Positions 49,779 through 59,082 of a stretch of DNA of 64,000 bases are shown here, piece after piece; within the stretch, counting starts at the first letter, position 1, and every line of letters begins with the position of its first letter. Source of the stretch: Candidatus Omnitrophota bacterium (lineage in GTDB: Bacteria > Omnitrophota > Omnitrophia > Omnitrophales > JACROU01); the NCBI GenBank assembly GCA_029261035.1, contig JAJDCD010000008.1, forward strand, positions 300,480-364,479, in the 5' to 3' direction. Under the pieces are notes generated by a model that was not told the origin of the DNA, did not search any database, and saw only the letters and a list, made by a program, of their open reading frames with translations. The position numbers and the translations under genes are program-made.

Positions 49779-50508
49779 GCCTCCTTGCCGAATCGAGAGA
49801 TTCCTTGCTTCCGATATCAAACCACGCCCCGTCAAAGTCCACCGCATAAAGTGACTCTTTCTTACTGAGCCATGCAACAAAATCTCCGATCCTGTCAGGA
49901 TTTAGTTTCTCAAGCTCAAGGTATTCATAAATCCTCATCCGGTACTTGCTTGGAAAATAATAAACACCAATGCACACATCCGTAGACTTCGGGTTCTCCG
50001 GCTTTTCTTCAAAGTCCGTAATGAGGTTATGATCATCTCGCATCACCACGCCACATAGCGATGCAACCGAAGGTTCTCCTACATCATAAATACCGACAAA
50101 GGCATTCTCAGGATCTCCGAGACACGGCAAGAGAAAATGGCTCAATGGAAAATCAAAGTAGTTATCTCCACAAAAAACAAAGAAATCATCACTCCCGCAG
50201 TATCCAGAGCGGAGTGCTAGATCGAGATCCCTCACGGCACCCAGTCTTTTCTCCGGCACAAACGCGTTATTTTCAACGATGTGAATGGGCTTCTGATAAC
50301 ATGAGTTCCTGCACCATTTATAGAAGTCCAGATAAAACTTCCCGCTAGTCACGATAATGATTTCATCCACGGCACTGACCACCTCTAGCTGTTCGATTAG
50401 AAAATCCAGAATCGTTTTATTTCCTAACTTAAGCAGTGCCTTTGGCGTATCCTCTGTAATCGGATAAAGTCTTGTTCCGAACCCTGCGGCGAGAATAATA
50501 GCTTTCAT
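49750..50508 (-). CDS. Sugar-1-phosphate nucleotidyltransferase (NTP_transferase fold)
   Basis: MKAIILAAGFGTRLYPIT…PKAL signature. Confidence 0.8.
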   Translation of the reverse strand: MKAIILAAGFGTRLYPITEDTPKALLKLGNKTILDFLIEQLEVVSAVDEIIIVTSGKFYLDFYKWCRNSCYQKPIHIVENNAFVPEKRLGAVRDLDLALRSGYCGSDDFFVFCGDNYFDFPLSHFLLPCLGDPENAFVGIYDVGEPSVASLCGVVMRDDHNLITDFEEKPENPKSTDVCIGVYYFPSKYRMRIYEYLELEKLNPDRIGDFVAWLSKKESLYAVDFDGAWFDIGSKESLDSARRHANVLKNSF

Positions 50509-50526
50509 ATAAATAAACTCCTTTTA

Positions 50527-51456
50527 TTAAGAATTAATTTTGATAGAAGCGTGCATCCCGTACCTAAAGTTCCCCGGGATTCCATCAAGTTTCACTTCAC
50601 AAGAAACCACATGCCGAATCTTAAAGACCTTCTCAACCTCTTGCGATGTGCGCGGCGCTAACCTCACAACCCGCCCTTTGTAAGTTTTTGAAGAAAACGC
50701 ATGAAACCTTGCTTTTACTTTGCTACCCACTTTAATCTTTTGCACCTCTTCTTCCGGAATTAAGACTTCAACAAAGTAGGTATCTGGGTCTGCGATCTCA
50801 AGCACAAACTCACCTTTTTGGATGGGACTCCCTATCGTGTCTGATGGGTCAGTCAAAAGAACTCCATCAAAAGGCGCTTTAAGCTCAAGAGACTCCATTC
50901 CTTCTTTGATATAATCCAATTCCCTTTTCGCAGACTGAATTTTCTTCTCAAGAATCACAAATTCCTGAGTGGCTTGAATAAAATCAAATTCTTTCTTGCC
51001 CAATTCACTTTTTCCGGTCACACCATTCTCATAAAGCATCTTGGTTCGTTCACGAACCTTGTCCAAATACTTTAATTTTTCATTCACTATCACTTTTTCA
51101 TCTTCTAATCTCCCAAGCTCTAATTCTGCTTGTGTGTGTTGCTTTAAAAGTTCGGGGTTTTCAAATCTCGCAATTAGCTCCCCTTTCGTTAAAACCGATC
51201 CCTTCTCACGCAGCAATTCTTTAAGCACTCCGGAGCTCGTAAGTCCAAGCCTCGCAAATTTATCTGCTTGGAGCACTCCATCGCCTTTAAAGTCTGCTCT
51301 TGGCCAGATAAGGAAAGAAACAACGGCTATCACTAAAATTAAAATCATCTTTCCTTTTTTGCCTTTAGCTTTCTTCTTTACCTCATGATTCTCTTCAAAA
51401 AGCTGCGGTTCATCTTTCGGAGAATCGTCCGTTGGTTCTTTATTAATTTCTGTCAT
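50527..51456 (-). CDS. HlyD-type membrane fusion protein (periplasmic adaptor)
   Basis: N-terminal TM, biotinyl/lipoyl-like hairpin (…KGELIARF), coiled coil, LKAPFDGVL β-barrel motif. Confidence 0.8.
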   Translation of the reverse strand: MTEINKEPTDDSPKDEPQLFEENHEVKKKAKGKKGKMILILVIAVVSFLIWPRADFKGDGVLQADKFARLGLTSSGVLKELLREKGSVLTKGELIARFENPELLKQHTQAELELGRLEDEKVIVNEKLKYLDKVRERTKMLYENGVTGKSELGKKEFDFIQATQEFVILEKKIQSAKRELDYIKEGMESLELKAPFDGVLLTDPSDTIGSPIQKGEFVLEIADPDTYFVEVLIPEEEVQKIKVGSKVKARFHAFSSKTYKGRVVRLAPRTSQEVEKVFKIRHVVSCEVKLDGIPGNFRYGMHASIKINS

Positions 51457-51480
51457 TTTTATCTCTTCTCCTTTTATTTA

Positions 51481-53097
51481 TTAAATCCAGTTTCTCAGTT
51501 CTTGCGGTACTGTCTTTGACGTTAGATAGACTGCCGGAATCGATAAGATCAGGCTCGTCAAAATCGGTGTTGCTTGCCAAATGAAGTAATGCACATTCGT
51601 CAAAATGAAAATTAACCCAAATACGCCAAAGGCTGTTCCTCCCCACATATACTTTGCTGTACTTGTTAAAGTGATCTTCGCAAAGGGATCTTTCAGCATT
51701 GGTTTCCAATTCAACTTCCTTAAAGGAATAGTCAAAATATCAATAGGCGCATAAACAAAATTATTAAGCGTAATAAGCGTTGATAGAAATAGTTCGTACA
51801 AATATTCTCTAAAGTCTCGCCAAGTTTTTAAAATTGTTACTTTGTGAAAAAACACGACACTAATACTAAAAATCAGAACCCATTTAAGAGTACTGTTCGT
51901 ATAAAGTCCCATCCAAATCGAATCTATTTCAAAATGAATAAGCTCACCGGTAAATTCGGAGTGGCTTAAAATCCCAAGGATTACCCAATAAAAGAAAACA
52001 AGATCAGCGAGGTAAAGGTAGATCCCGTAGAAGGCGAGAAAGCGGGTTGCTGGCGTAATACCGCGCTCAAGAACAAGCGGCCATCCTTGAAGCGTACCCT
52101 GTGCCCAACGCTTTGTTCTGGCACGCGATTCAAGATAGTTTGCCGGAGCTTCATCATAGGCGTGAACATCTGGGCAAAAGACTACCCTGTAGCCTAGTTG
52201 TCTGAGCCTGACAGTATCCCAATTATCATGAGAGAGAAGACCTTTGGGGAGACGCACCTTTCGAAGCGCCTCTGTCCTCGCAAGATGATGATGGCCAAAT
52301 GAAACTGTCTCTCCAAAAATTGCTTGAATTGCGATAAAGCTAAATTTTTGTGCAAAGTAGGCTCCTATTCTTTCAAAGCGAGAGTACCAAGTCGTTGCAT
52401 GAGCAATTCGGATAATTGCTTGAAAAATAGCGACATCCTGATTTTTAGGATGCTCAGCTTTCCTCAGTAGCTTTAAGAGCGTCCCTTTAGGAACCATTCC
52501 ATCCGCGTCACAAACGTAAATATACTTATACTCAGGATGTGAGTGGACAAACTCCCCGACATTTCCTTGTTTTCGTTCAACAGGGTTTTCACGTCTTCTA
52601 TAAAACACTCTGCCCGGATGCAATCGTTCTAGCTTTGCAACAAGATTTTTTTCATATGAAATAAAATCCTCAGAAGAATCAGAGAGTAGCCAAAGATCTG
52701 TATCAGGTAATTTATTTCCTGAAAAAGAATAATGAATCCTTTCAGAAAGGCCATGCCCTTCATTACGAATAGGATAGACGAGTGCCATTTTAGGAATTCG
52801 TTTTACAAAAGTTTCTTTTAAAATGGGTCTTCTAATAAATAGGTGAGCAATACTTAGAAGAAAAAGATAAGCTACATTGAAAAATAGAAATTCAAACCCT
52901 ACAATCCAAAGAACTCCAAAAATCCAGGTTTCACTTGTGAACACGATCCTTGATGCCACAAGCCCCATCGTAAAAAGAGAACCGATAAGAGCCGTCCCAA
53001 GAAAGAGCCGCGTTCTTTTAACGGGTGTAAGCCAATCGTTTAAATAAAATCTATTCTTCATAGTCGGTTTCCTCATAAAGAGAATATTCTTCGTCAA
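51481..53097 (-). CDS. opgH: OpgH(MdoH)-like membrane GT2 glucosyltransferase (β-1,2-glucan backbone synthase family). Start may be an internal Met
   Basis: PIRNEG, LLSDSS, YRRRENPVERKQGN, VCDADG, LLSHD, RTKRWAQGTL align with OpgH motifs PIYNE / FVLSD / YRRR..N..RKAGN / VLDADS / ILSHD / RDRRWCHGNL. Multiple TM helices on both sides. Confidence 0.65.
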   Translation of the reverse strand: MTKNILFMRKPTMKNRFYLNDWLTPVKRTRLFLGTALIGSLFTMGLVASRIVFTSETWIFGVLWIVGFEFLFFNVAYLFLLSIAHLFIRRPILKETFVKRIPKMALVYPIRNEGHGLSERIHYSFSGNKLPDTDLWLLSDSSEDFISYEKNLVAKLERLHPGRVFYRRRENPVERKQGNVGEFVHSHPEYKYIYVCDADGMVPKGTLLKLLRKAEHPKNQDVAIFQAIIRIAHATTWYSRFERIGAYFAQKFSFIAIQAIFGETVSFGHHHLARTEALRKVRLPKGLLSHDNWDTVRLRQLGYRVVFCPDVHAYDEAPANYLESRARTKRWAQGTLQGWPLVLERGITPATRFLAFYGIYLYLADLVFFYWVILGILSHSEFTGELIHFEIDSIWMGLYTNSTLKWVLIFSISVVFFHKVTILKTWRDFREYLYELFLSTLITLNNFVYAPIDILTIPLRKLNWKPMLKDPFAKITLTSTAKYMWGGTAFGVFGLIFILTNVHYFIWQATPILTSLILSIPAVYLTSKTVPQELRNWI

Positions 53098-54406
53098 AAA
53101 GCGACCTAAAAGCGGTCTTTCTATCTAAACGCGCCATTAAAATCCTATAATCTGTAACAGCCATAAGTTGATTGATCTTCGCTTCCTCTAAAGCGATAAA
53201 TGAATCAATTAGTTCACCAGCGCCACGCTCACCAGCAATAAGACGGGTCTTTTCGTTCTTATAAATCTCCCGTCTTTCACGCCGAAGCGTTTTTGCAAGA
53301 CGAACCTTTTCACGCAGCGCCCTGCCATCATGAAATAGCTTCCTTATCTCTTTTTCATGTTCACGAACCTTTATTTCACCTTCCCACTTTGTTTCTTCCA
53401 TTTCATGTTCCTTAGCTTGGATTTTGGAACCGAGTCTTCCAAAGTCCCAAATATTCCATTTCACTTCCGCGCCAACCATTGCCCTATTTGTGTCTACAAA
53501 AACATCATCGTTACGATTCCATCTCGCCGTAAGATTGATATGAGGAAATCGATCTGCCTGAAGCTCTCGCCTTTCAAACTTCTTCTCTTTCACCTTATAA
53601 TCCCAAAGCCGGTAGATAGGATCGTTCTTACGCGCAGCTTCAAGGTAATATTCCGAGTTACTCTGAAGCTCTGCGTAGTCAGACAAGGGCTCAAGGCTAA
53701 GAGATTCTCCTTGAGCAATTCCAACTGTCTCAATCAACACATCTAAAAGATAATCATAAGATTCTTTGTGTTTCACAAGCGCATGCTTAGATCTTTGAAG
53801 TAAGGTTTCAACTCTAAACAGCTCATAAAGCGGAAGAATCTCTTTATCTATTAGCCGTTTCATACGTTCGTGCGCCGTTTGAAGCTCACGAACCTGTCCT
53901 TGAGCAATACGGGTAGATTCTTTTTCAAGTAGCACTTGTGCATAAAGAATCCGAATTCCAAGTTCTACATCAAGCTTGGCCGCTTCCAGCTCAGTTTCTT
54001 CTCCCCCAACCCGAGCCTTTTGCTTTCTTTTCCCCGCAATGATTTTCCCGCCTTTAAAAAGAGGCTGCTCAATACCCGCATCAAGGTAATTCACCGTTTT
54101 CTTCTCACCCGTGGACACAGCCCCAAAAAACTCGGCAGAAAGCTTTGGAAGGAACTCTGAAAGACTTCCTTTATAAAGAGCCTTTTCTTTACGAAGTCTT
54201 GCAAATGCCCGTTTCATCTCTGCCTGATTCTTAAGAGCTCTCGTAATAGCATCATTAAGAGTAATGAGAGATCCATATCCCATTAAACCAAGCTCCTCTG
54301 CGGCCTTCGCTTTCACCGGAGTCATTAAAAATATTAAGGCAAAGACAGATACGCCTAATATTCGTATGCCGGACTTTTTCTTTGTATGTGCAAGACTTGC
54401 TCTCAT
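53051..54406 (-). CDS. TolC-like outer-membrane efflux protein (OMF)
   Basis: Signal peptide (ATG 54404-54406). Two-repeat coiled-coil/β layout typical of the OEP family. Confidence 0.75.
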   Translation of the reverse strand: MRASLAHTKKKSGIRILGVSVFALIFLMTPVKAKAAEELGLMGYGSLITLNDAITRALKNQAEMKRAFARLRKEKALYKGSLSEFLPKLSAEFFGAVSTGEKKTVNYLDAGIEQPLFKGGKIIAGKRKQKARVGGEETELEAAKLDVELGIRILYAQVLLEKESTRIAQGQVRELQTAHERMKRLIDKEILPLYELFRVETLLQRSKHALVKHKESYDYLLDVLIETVGIAQGESLSLEPLSDYAELQSNSEYYLEAARKNDPIYRLWDYKVKEKKFERRELQADRFPHINLTARWNRNDDVFVDTNRAMVGAEVKWNIWDFGRLGSKIQAKEHEMEETKWEGEIKVREHEKEIRKLFHDGRALREKVRLAKTLRRERREIYKNEKTRLIAGERGAGELIDSFIALEEAKINQLMAVTDYRILMARLDRKTAFRSLFDEEYSLYEETDYEE

Positions 54407-54461
54407 AAAAAAATCTTCTCCTTCCAAATAGACTGTTTTTCTAGAAACTTTCCTTCGAACC

Positions 54462-54734
54462 TTATCCCGCGAGTTTTTCTCCGAGTTTCTTAAACCCTTT
54501 CAAAAACTCTTCTGGTTTCTCCGGATAGGGAATTCCTCTTTTTTGCGGGAGCATAATGTCTTCCTTACGCCCCTTCTCAAAAAACCGCATATCACCGACC
54601 GTTTGACCATCAATTTCAACTACGGAAAATCGGAACTCTTCACCATCTCCTGTTGGAATCACATGAACGATCTCTTTTTGCACGATCTCTCTTTGCTTAA
54701 ACACCCGCTTCGTTCTTTGTTCTGTTTTTGCCAT
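54462..54734 (-). CDS. Small hypothetical protein (90 aa)
   Basis: ORF between trbI-like and OMF genes. No signal peptide. Confidence 0.35.
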   Translation of the reverse strand: MAKTEQRTKRVFKQREIVQKEIVHVIPTGDGEEFRFSVVEIDGQTVGDMRFFEKGRKEDIMLPQKRGIPYPEKPEEFLKGFKKLGEKLAG

Positions 54735-54758
54735 TGTGATATTTCTCCTTTTTTAAAT

Positions 54759-55721
54759 TTAAATTGCTTCAAGCAAAATCACTTGAATGGGAGTGTAGGA
54801 CTCCACGGTAATGCTTTTCTCCACGCGTGCTTCTCTCAAATTCTGGCGTGCTTCATCATGAAGATTCTGTGAAACATTCAGCCTGAGCTGATCTTCCAAG
54901 CTATAGGGGTCACGCCCTCGTCCCCCAAGAAAAAGAGAACCTACTGAAAGCACAGACTCACCAATAGCTTTTAATACTTTCCTGTCCGTGTGCCGATCCA
55001 CATCACCTTGTATTCCTGCGGCCCCGTCCTCAGAAAGAGCCAGAGCTCGCACACGAACCTCACGACCGTCCGGTAAGATTAAGAGATCAAAGCTGACATT
55101 AATCCGGTCTAAGGACTTCACAACATCTGCTTCTCCAAGAAATCGTGCCCCCTTCGGAATCACCACTTCATCTCCGTAACTGAAATCCTTGGGAAGAATT
55201 GCCTGAACCGGTGCTCGGACGTTAAAAGAAAATATACGGTCTGAAAGAAGCGCAGGAACCTTTGTTCCTGACGGCAACCCGAAACTGAACTCCTCTTTTG
55301 TCTCTCTGAGACGCATATTTTTCTCTTCCTCTGGTTTTGAAACAAAAACTGCAATCTTTGTGTCATATTTTCTTTTTTTGCGTTCTGCTCGGATCTCATC
55401 GGATCTTCTCTTAACCTTTTTGGTAGACCGTGAAGATTTTTTAATCGCCTTTTCCATCGATTCTGCCGTCATTACAATCCTGCCTTCTTCAACCGGAGAA
55501 ATTTTCATTTCTCCTTTTGTTTTTTTAGAACGCGGCGAAAAAACAGAGAACGAGAGAAACACAACGATTAATATGAAAACTACAAATAAAACAGGCCGCT
55601 TTTTAATTGCCTCTTTAAGGCTTTCTGCTTTTTCTCTTGGACCGTCTGGTGAATCAAAAAATTGTTTCTCTGGCGGTCCCTGTTTTTTCTTCTGAGCTTT
55701 CTTAAAAAAATCTTTAAACAT
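54759..55721 (-). CDS. trbI: T4SS VirB10/TrbI-like protein
   Basis: N-terminal cytoplasmic region, TM, linker. C-terminal …VIPKGARFLGEA…LSEDGAAGIQGDVDRHTDRK matches the TrbI/VirB10 barrel domain. Confidence 0.75.
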   Translation of the reverse strand: MFKDFFKKAQKKKQGPPEKQFFDSPDGPREKAESLKEAIKKRPVLFVVFILIVVFLSFSVFSPRSKKTKGEMKISPVEEGRIVMTAESMEKAIKKSSRSTKKVKRRSDEIRAERKKRKYDTKIAVFVSKPEEEKNMRLRETKEEFSFGLPSGTKVPALLSDRIFSFNVRAPVQAILPKDFSYGDEVVIPKGARFLGEADVVKSLDRINVSFDLLILPDGREVRVRALALSEDGAAGIQGDVDRHTDRKVLKAIGESVLSVGSLFLGGRGRDPYSLEDQLRLNVSQNLHDEARQNLREARVEKSITVESYTPIQVILLEAI

Positions 55722-55748
55722 AGTCGGCAGTCCACTCCTTAAAAGTTA

Positions 55749-56771
55749 TTATTCAAACCACTTAAATCCCTTAATCTCAATATCTCGCTTTTTGCCCATC
55801 TCACTATCCTCAAGAATTCGAATAAATGGTTTTTGCTTCTTTCCAAGTACCCGGTAATCAAAAACAAGCACACCATACTCATAGGCATCCGGAGAGATTG
55901 TTTCAGGAAGCTCAAGTTCTGACGGAAGCTCAATAACACCCGTCTCTTTATTTCTCAAAAACTTCCTTTCATGACTCACAGCCCCAACTAAAACCTTCAG
56001 TACCTTGAATGGCGTTCTTGAGTAGTTAAGAACCGAAAATCGCAGATAGGCTTTATCTGCAACTTGAGAAAGGGACAAAAGATTTACCTGCACATCTTCC
56101 TCTGCCTCAGATTTACGAAGCTCTATCGTCTGAACGCCTGAGGCCACCTTCTCAAGTAATTTTTCCTCAGAAAGCTTTTCTGCCTGTTCATTAAGCTCTT
56201 CAGATCTCTCCTGATAAACCTCTTCAAGCTCGTCGGTCTTTTCTTTTACTCGCTCCTCGAAGGCATTCTTAACAAGAGCTTCATCTTCTTTGGGCAATCT
56301 AAAATCCAGTACAAAATCAGCAGTATCCGGCGGACCAACTGACACATCAAAAGCAAGACGATTAGATGCCGTTACAATCACAAGGTTTGAGCGAGCGTCC
56401 GTTTCATCTGTAATAGGCTTTACAAGAACCTGCCGCTCATAGACTTCAACCTTAAAAAGTTCCTGATCTCCAACAAAAACTTTTTGAGCGGGTTCAGGCA
56501 AATCAATCGTTGACACATAACCAAGCGCTGTTTGAAGACGAAAAGCAACCGTAGAACGCATCGTGACCTTGTAAATATTTTGTGTAGTACGTTTTAGTTT
56601 GTTAAATGTTTGGCGAATCTTGAGCGGGTCTGATTTCTTTTCAGTCTCTGAGAATACCCCTCGCTCAAGAGTCATAGGTTCGTTTCCATAGGCTATAAAA
56701 ATTGGTCCTAAGGCTAAAACCGCACATATGAGAACGCTTGTAAGAATTAGTAAACGTGATCTTATTTTCAT
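55749..56771 (-). CDS. trbG: T4SS VirB9/TrbG-like protein
   Basis: Signal peptide. N-terminal YKVTM…YVSTIDLPEPAQKVFVGDQELFKV…VLVKP…SNLVIVTASNRLAFDV fits the VirB9 N-domain pattern. Confidence 0.75.
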   Translation of the reverse strand: MKIRSRLLILTSVLICAVLALGPIFIAYGNEPMTLERGVFSETEKKSDPLKIRQTFNKLKRTTQNIYKVTMRSTVAFRLQTALGYVSTIDLPEPAQKVFVGDQELFKVEVYERQVLVKPITDETDARSNLVIVTASNRLAFDVSVGPPDTADFVLDFRLPKEDEALVKNAFEERVKEKTDELEEVYQERSEELNEQAEKLSEEKLLEKVASGVQTIELRKSEAEEDVQVNLLSLSQVADKAYLRFSVLNYSRTPFKVLKVLVGAVSHERKFLRNKETGVIELPSELELPETISPDAYEYGVLVFDYRVLGKKQKPFIRILEDSEMGKKRDIEIKGFKWFE

Positions 56772-57424
56772 TTTTCTTCCTCCAATTTATTGAGTATGAT
56801 TTCTTTATAATTCTCTACAAGAAGACCCGATGAGGAAGATCGCGTACGCCTTACCTTCTTTAAAACGAGTTCTGCTTTGAACAAACTTGACTCACGATAA
56901 TCAGGATCGTTATAGTTAAAGAGGGTTCTCACTCCGACAAGTGAGACAAAAGCAAAATCGTCTGTCTCACGCTCCACTTTTTCCTCTTTAAATTCAATCC
57001 GGGCATAGAGGCCTGTTCCCTGAAACTTCACAAGAAAACCAGAATCTATGAGATCTCGATTCGCAATCTTCCGGTATCTGGATGTCATCCAGTTCCAGGC
57101 ATACTTTGTCTCTGTAAGCGCATAAGAATTAAGCCCTCTGAATTTCTCTACGAAAAATGTTGAGAATTCAAGAATCTCCACTTCGCTCGGATCATTGTGG
57201 GACTTTATATTTTCAATCACTTCTGCTTTACCTACCTCATTAACCCGAATCACCAGAGGTGGACGTGACATCACCATTAAAAGTGCAGCAATCAAAATAA
57301 AATTGAGTCCTATTGACATAAGGTTTGTGCTTTTCAAAAATTCGTTAAAGACTTCGTAATCCGCAAATACCTCGTAATATTTCCTTTTCATGTTCTTTAG
57401 TTTTTCCTCAAATCTTGTTTTCAT
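56768..57424 (-). CDS. trbF: T4SS VirB8/TrbF-like protein
   Basis: Bitopic: cytoplasmic N-terminus, one TM, approximately 150-aa periplasmic domain. Gene-order position. Confidence 0.6.
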   Translation of the reverse strand: MKTRFEEKLKNMKRKYYEVFADYEVFNEFLKSTNLMSIGLNFILIAALLMVMSRPPLVIRVNEVGKAEVIENIKSHNDPSEVEILEFSTFFVEKFRGLNSYALTETKYAWNWMTSRYRKIANRDLIDSGFLVKFQGTGLYARIEFKEEKVERETDDFAFVSLVGVRTLFNYNDPDYRESSLFKAELVLKKVRRTRSSSSGLLVENYKEIILNKLEEEK

Positions 57425-58311
57425 TTATAAGTTCCTCCTCCTGAAGTGGCGGATGATCCGGCCCGGCCCGCAGCTCCGGCAGCACCACCCGCAAAACGAT
57501 TTCCAGAGGTCGCAGGACGAATTATGTAGCGTCCCGTAACAGCAGCGACCGTCCCTAACACAATTGAACCTAAACCACCTATGCTCGGCCCACCGACAAA
57601 TTGGTTAGTCATGATCGGAACTAGAATGAAAAGCACGATAAAAACAATATTTGCAGTTAGAACTACCAAGAAGTTGGTGTCTTCGGCTGCATAAATTGCC
57701 GTAAGATTCATGACCGATATGACTTTCATGAGAATGGAAAGAAGAACCTTCCAAGCAGAGATTGCAACAAGACTACGTATCCACGCATCGAGCCCGCGAG
57801 AGCTGACTTTGTAAACCGCCATTCCTGCTACGATGGGTCCAATTAAATAGAGTGCTGAGAGAAGCGCAAATCTCAGAATAAAGTTTGCACCAAGCACCGC
57901 ACCGGCGATTGCGTATGTGACATAGTTCATGACCGTTAGGGAAATTCGCTGATCAAATTTCCAAAAATATTTCCAGTCAAATGGAGCATCAAAGAAAGCT
58001 TTTGCAGTCTCGCGGAATTCTTCATGCGGAAGAATTGAATCCGCCAACAGATCCATACCGTAAACAATCATGATAAAAAAGCGGTCGTACATAATGAGAA
58101 GGCCTGCAATAAGCAATACCCTCAGAAAAAGTCCTGTGTAATCAGACTTCCCTTTCATTGCTTGTACGTTTTCGTGAAGTATTGCTACGATGAAAAAGAA
58201 TGAGAATAAAACAAATGAAAGTCTCATAAGCAATGCGAAAGGTTGCTCAAAGAGGTTTGGAATTTGAAGAACATTAGTAAATAAGAATCCGTGATTAAAT
58301 CCTGAAAACAT
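57421..58311 (-). CDS. trbL: T4SS VirB6/TrbL-like polytopic membrane protein
   Basis: 5-6 TM helices. Gly/Ala-rich C-terminal tail typical of TrbL. Confidence 0.6.
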   Translation of the reverse strand: MFSGFNHGFLFTNVLQIPNLFEQPFALLMRLSFVLFSFFFIVAILHENVQAMKGKSDYTGLFLRVLLIAGLLIMYDRFFIMIVYGMDLLADSILPHEEFRETAKAFFDAPFDWKYFWKFDQRISLTVMNYVTYAIAGAVLGANFILRFALLSALYLIGPIVAGMAVYKVSSRGLDAWIRSLVAISAWKVLLSILMKVISVMNLTAIYAAEDTNFLVVLTANIVFIVLFILVPIMTNQFVGGPSIGGLGSIVLGTVAAVTGRYIIRPATSGNRFAGGAAGAAGRAGSSATSGGGTYK

Positions 58312-59082
58312 TTAGAGAGCACCTCCCCCATAAAGCGTACTAAGACCTTCCGCAAAGTCAGAGGAATCCTCTAAAAACTTAACCTTTTCTCGTTCTATGC
58401 GTTTTTCTTCTCGCGTGACCTGTTCTATTTGAGTCGCTTGAAGTTCCAACATTTTCGCGAGAACTTCTTGATTCTGCTGTTCAAGAACCATAAGACGAGA
58501 GACACCCTGAACTTGTAACCTAGCCGCACCTTTTGGGCTTGCGTTCTTTGATTGACTCTGAATTAAGTCCGCAGCATCCCGTGTTTTTTGTCCTGACTCA
58601 CGGATCTGCCCTGCCAAATGAAAGGCATCTACAACTTGAGATTCTTCAAACATGATGTAGGAACGGGCCTCAGTGTCCGGTATTGCGCCTGTCACTGACT
58701 CAAGCGCATTCCGGATGTCCTGAGGAGTACCCCCGCTACCTAACACTTCAATATTGGGTGTGATAAAACCAGCATCAAAAAAGAAATCTTTAAGGCTTCC
58801 TCCTTGATCCATGAGGCCTCTAATAGAATCACCAATTGTGGAATCAAATATTTCGTCTAGACCCGAATGAAAGCGAAATGTTTCTAGGGTTTGGGCTTTG
58901 AGTTCGCTAAGACGATCTACAGCAAGCCCAATTTCTTTGACCCACTTCGCTTGCATAAGAGTGTTTCTAAGCACATTAATCGCGGTGTTAATGGGGTCAT
59001 TAAACGTATAAGCTTTTGAAGCGGGCGTCATTAAAACCATACATAAAGGAATGAGGATAAGAGCTTTCTTCAATTGCTTCAT
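58312..59082 (-). CDS. T4SS VirB5/TrbJ-like secreted α-helical protein
   Basis: Signal peptide ending SKAYT, helical repeats. Position between VirB4-like and VirB6-like genes. Confidence 0.5.
   Translation of the reverse strand: MKQLKKALILIPLCMVLMTPASKAYTFNDPINTAINVLRNTLMQAKWVKEIGLAVDRLSELKAQTLETFRFHSGLDEIFDSTIGDSIRGLMDQGGSLKDFFFDAGFITPNIEVLGSGGTPQDIRNALESVTGAIPDTEARSYIMFEESQVVDAFHLAGQIRESGQKTRDAADLIQSQSKNASPKGAARLQVQGVSRLMVLEQQNQEVLAKMLELQATQIEQVTREEKRIEREKVKFLEDSSDFAEGLSTLYGGGAL

Noticed and set aside
51443-51709. 88-aa minus-strand ORF overlapping the 3' end of the opgH-like gene in another frame. Also 51981-52169, 53357-53746, 53936-54160 and 55160-55399.
   Set aside because: Nested in longer genes with strong family signatures.
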